Positions 34,493-37,821 of a stretch of 37,821 bases of DNA are shown here, piece after piece. The position numbers and the translations under genes are program-made. Below the pieces are notes generated by a model that searched no databases, had not been told where the DNA came from, and saw only the letters and a list, made by a program, of their open reading frames with translations. Within the stretch, counting starts at the first letter, position 1. Each line of letters starts with the position of its first letter. This DNA is from Octopus bimaculoides (lineage: Eukaryota), in assembly GCF_001194135.2 (NCBI RefSeq), contig NC_068991.1, positions 44,563,123-44,600,943 on the forward strand, read 5' to 3'.

Positions 34493-35467
34493 CTGAAATG
34501 GGAGAGAATATGTGAGGATCACAAAACAGCATCTTCAGCAAGACAAGGGGTGGTGTTAAATGAAAAGAGAACAATAACTTACAGACAGGTTGTTGAAAAG
34601 ATAGGCAGCCACATGTTAGCTCAGGTAGACGGAAGTGACAAAATTAAAGGACAAAGAAATTCTTCTTTTAAGACCCTTAAATTCACAACAAACTGTATGT
34701 TTAATAAAGAGGAATAAAAAGAATGAAAGAGAAAGAGTGATAATTTGAAAAGATGGCAGTTCTTGATGTTGCCTTAGTTCACTCTTTCCTAATGGAAGTT
34801 AAGAAATACGTTTGGTATACATATTTTTTCTCAATATATTGCTACAGTTTGGGAGATTCATGAGAAAATCAAATATTGGATCAGTTTTCATTTTGGACCA
34901 TGCTAAAATCTTAGTATCTTTGTGAAACGCATTGCCACTCCTTTGCATCTCTTTGATTGCTGAGTTTTTTTCTTTTTCTTTTTCTATTTATATTTTTCCA
35001 AAGCAGATAAGACATATCGAATACATTTTTTCATCACATTCATGCCTGGAGAAAGACAAGGGAGACAGCAGGAAATAATGATAGGAAATAACAAAGGGCA
35101 ATATTTTTCTTTTATTTTTTTTTTAGCTAGTCAGGGTTTTTTTCTGGGTTAGGGAGAAAGCTGGACAGTTTTGAAAAGGTCTATGAGCACATTTAGGACA
35201 ATATTAGCTAGTGAAAATGGAGATAGATATAAGAACAATTTATAAAGGACAAAGGTAGAGGAGCAGGATGTTAATTTTGTGAGTTCAGTCTACCTGTTTG
35301 CCATAGGCAGTCATTCAAAATATTGTCAACATAAAGCACAGCACAACATATTTTCAAGCTAAAGACAAGCCAAGCTCATGCATAGCAAAACATGCTGACA
35401 TACAAAGCAAATGTGAAATAACAGCAGACAACATTACATGAAATACTGAAATGTTGATATATATATG

Positions 35468-35527
<60 letters not shown>

Positions 35528-37774
35528 TATATACACACACCTATCATATGACTATCTTGCTAGATTAAATACTAGATAAAAAATTCACTGCATATTATTT
35601 TTAATTTTTCTTTTCAGTTAAATTCTATATTTATTCTTGAAATATAGTGATATATATTTAAAATATTTTGAGTTAGATTTAAATACTAATGAATAAATAT
35701 CATGAAATACATTTTAAATGTTTTATTTATTTTTTATGTCTATATATAAGGAAATACTTTTTAAGGTAAATTTTCTAATCACTGAATTATCTTTAAAATA
35801 GCAAAGATTTTTAATTAATTTAGAAAATAAATAACGTCTTATATTTCAGATTTAAATTATTCTTTTACCAATAAAAGTTTGACAATCTGAATATAAAGAC
35901 CTCTGCTTCAGCATTTTGCTTAGATTTTCTTTTAGTTAAATTAAGAAACATTATGATAAAAAATTTAGAATCTAGTTTTGTATTTCACAGAGCTGCAAGG
36001 CATTTTTGTGACAAGGTAATAGCTTATTATTTTAGGTAATAAAAACAATGAATCATTTTTAGATTTGTGGCATGGTGGAAAGAATACTACAAGTTATCAT
36101 CTGATACTGATGTGACTTTAGAGACAAATGTAAAATGGAATATATCCATGTGATTGACAAAAGCGAGACAGAATTGTCAAAATCTGTGTGCATGTGCACT
36201 TCTTAACTGTGTCTAAGTGAAATTATCAAAATAAATTCTCAGAACTGTTTGAATTTTTGATGAAATTCAGTTGGTAAAAAAAAAGTGAAGCTATTTTCAA
36301 AATAACTCATATCATCCGGTTTTGTTAGAACAAGAAAAGAAAAAAAAATAAAGAGAGAGAGAGAAAGAGAAAGAAAGAGGAGAAGGGAAGGAAAAACAAA
36401 AATGAAAATCTATTTGTTAATTCTTTTTAATTTTGCAATACATTTGTAAAATTAATTCCTGATTTTGTGTACATTGGTGTAATCATGCATTCATTCGGAA
36501 AGAGTGCTGATGGAACTGCCGATATAAATTATGTTTAATTGTATGAGACACCAGACTATGTAACTCATCCCATTATGAAGATGGGGGTTAATATCAGAGA
36601 CTTTCGTCTCATATATTTATCTTCATTTCAGTGAACAAAAAAGTTTTCTAGTTTGGCATGAGTTAAACTTTGAATAATTAAAACGTAATTTCTTTACAGA
36701 AGAAGAAATTGTAACAATAATTGTATAAGAAATAATATTAGTAAAAATAATAGTAATTTAATATATTCTAAATGTTTAATGTTATTGTTAAGCCAATAAT
36801 AGCAAATTTAATATAAGTAGTATTATTAGCAGGAGATCATACAAAATCTAATATCAACTAGTGAAATATATCTTGCTATTTTAGATGCAAGTCTTTAATC
36901 AAATATTTAAAACAGTATCTAAATCATAAATAATAATTTGAAATATATAATCAAGCAACCTTGTAAAGAGAAGAAAAAAAGAAAAGCAAGAAAATTGTGC
37001 CAAGTCAATAAGTGAATAGTGACAAGCTGTTTTTATTGTATTCCTCAGAATTGAAAAAAGCTGCAGTAATGGTGTCATTTTTTAAATTATAAAATGTGTA
37101 AATCTTTCAATTACAATTTCTTAACTAAAAGCGTGAGTATATGTGTGTGTGTTTTTGTGTGTGTGTGTGAGTGCATGTGTGTGCATGCACATAATATATA
37201 TACATACATATATATATATATACACACACACACATATACACTGATATATATATATATATATATATATATTATCAAAACAATAATAAAAGGAACATCAAAA
37301 TGTTCTTCTGTGTCCCATGTGGTGTCCACTAGAATCTCAAATTGAAATCCATGTTCAAATAGAAAGAAACAAAGAGATTATTTTGAACATGGTTTACAGT
37401 AAAATGAAGGACTTTTTTTTTTTAACTTAAATGAAAAAATAACTTTCAAGAAGTTAACTGATTTTAAGACAATTATTTTTCATTAATTTAACAGTTTTAC
37501 AAGATTTTTTTTTATAAAAATTTGTTTATAAACATTTGCAACACAAGGTGATCCTATGTAAAAATTTCGGTATTCTCATTGAATGAGAAGCAAAAAGCTA
37601 ACAAACTACTAAGTGAAAAAAAAGACAAAACAACTTTATAGCTTAAAGGAACGCAGGAATGTGCACAGATATATATGTAAATTGCATGAGCATGTATTAG
37701 TTTGTGTGTGGGTGTATGGAATATGCATGTTTATAAAACAAAATATATGCACAAAGAATTTTGTGTGTATGTAA

Positions 37775-37821
<47 letters not shown>

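Noticed and set aside
36542-36613. Possible ~72-nt hairpin (tatgagac...cccat/atggg...gtctcata), miRNA-like
   Set aside because: Pairing is discontinuous with large internal loops, and there is no recognisable miRNA seed or family.

Overview
AT-rich, microsatellite-laden eukaryotic genomic DNA with five N-gaps. The SINE/RTE repeat repertoire and the coding sequence point to a cephalopod, most likely an Octopus draft assembly (inference). The whole window appears to lie inside one minus-strand gene, a para/Nav1-type voltage-gated sodium channel alpha subunit. Three coding exons of its domain I-II cytoplasmic linker splice in frame: 34492-34022 (471 nt, phase 0-0), 10486-10375 (112 nt, phase 0-1) and 4734-4684 (51 nt, phase 1-1). 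The two small exons are not annotated by the ORF track. The introns (23.5 kb and 5.6 kb) hold decayed transposons: tRNA-derived SINEs, RTE LINE 3' ends, an L1/Tx1-clade ORF2 relic, two mariners with TIRs and TA duplications, a maT/DD37D-like relic and a probable Dong/R4 3' end. The most unusual non-coding feature is a ~1.27 kb foldback (29688-30958, ~600-bp arms, ~67-nt loop) about 3 kb downstream of the large exon in transcript sense. It would form a long dsRNA in the pre-mRNA of a neural gene in a lineage known for heavy A-to-I editing. No prokaryotic features, CRISPR arrays, rRNA or bona fide tRNA genes were seen. Most ORF-track entries are microsatellite, gap or TE artefacts. All homology calls come from motif recall, not database searches.
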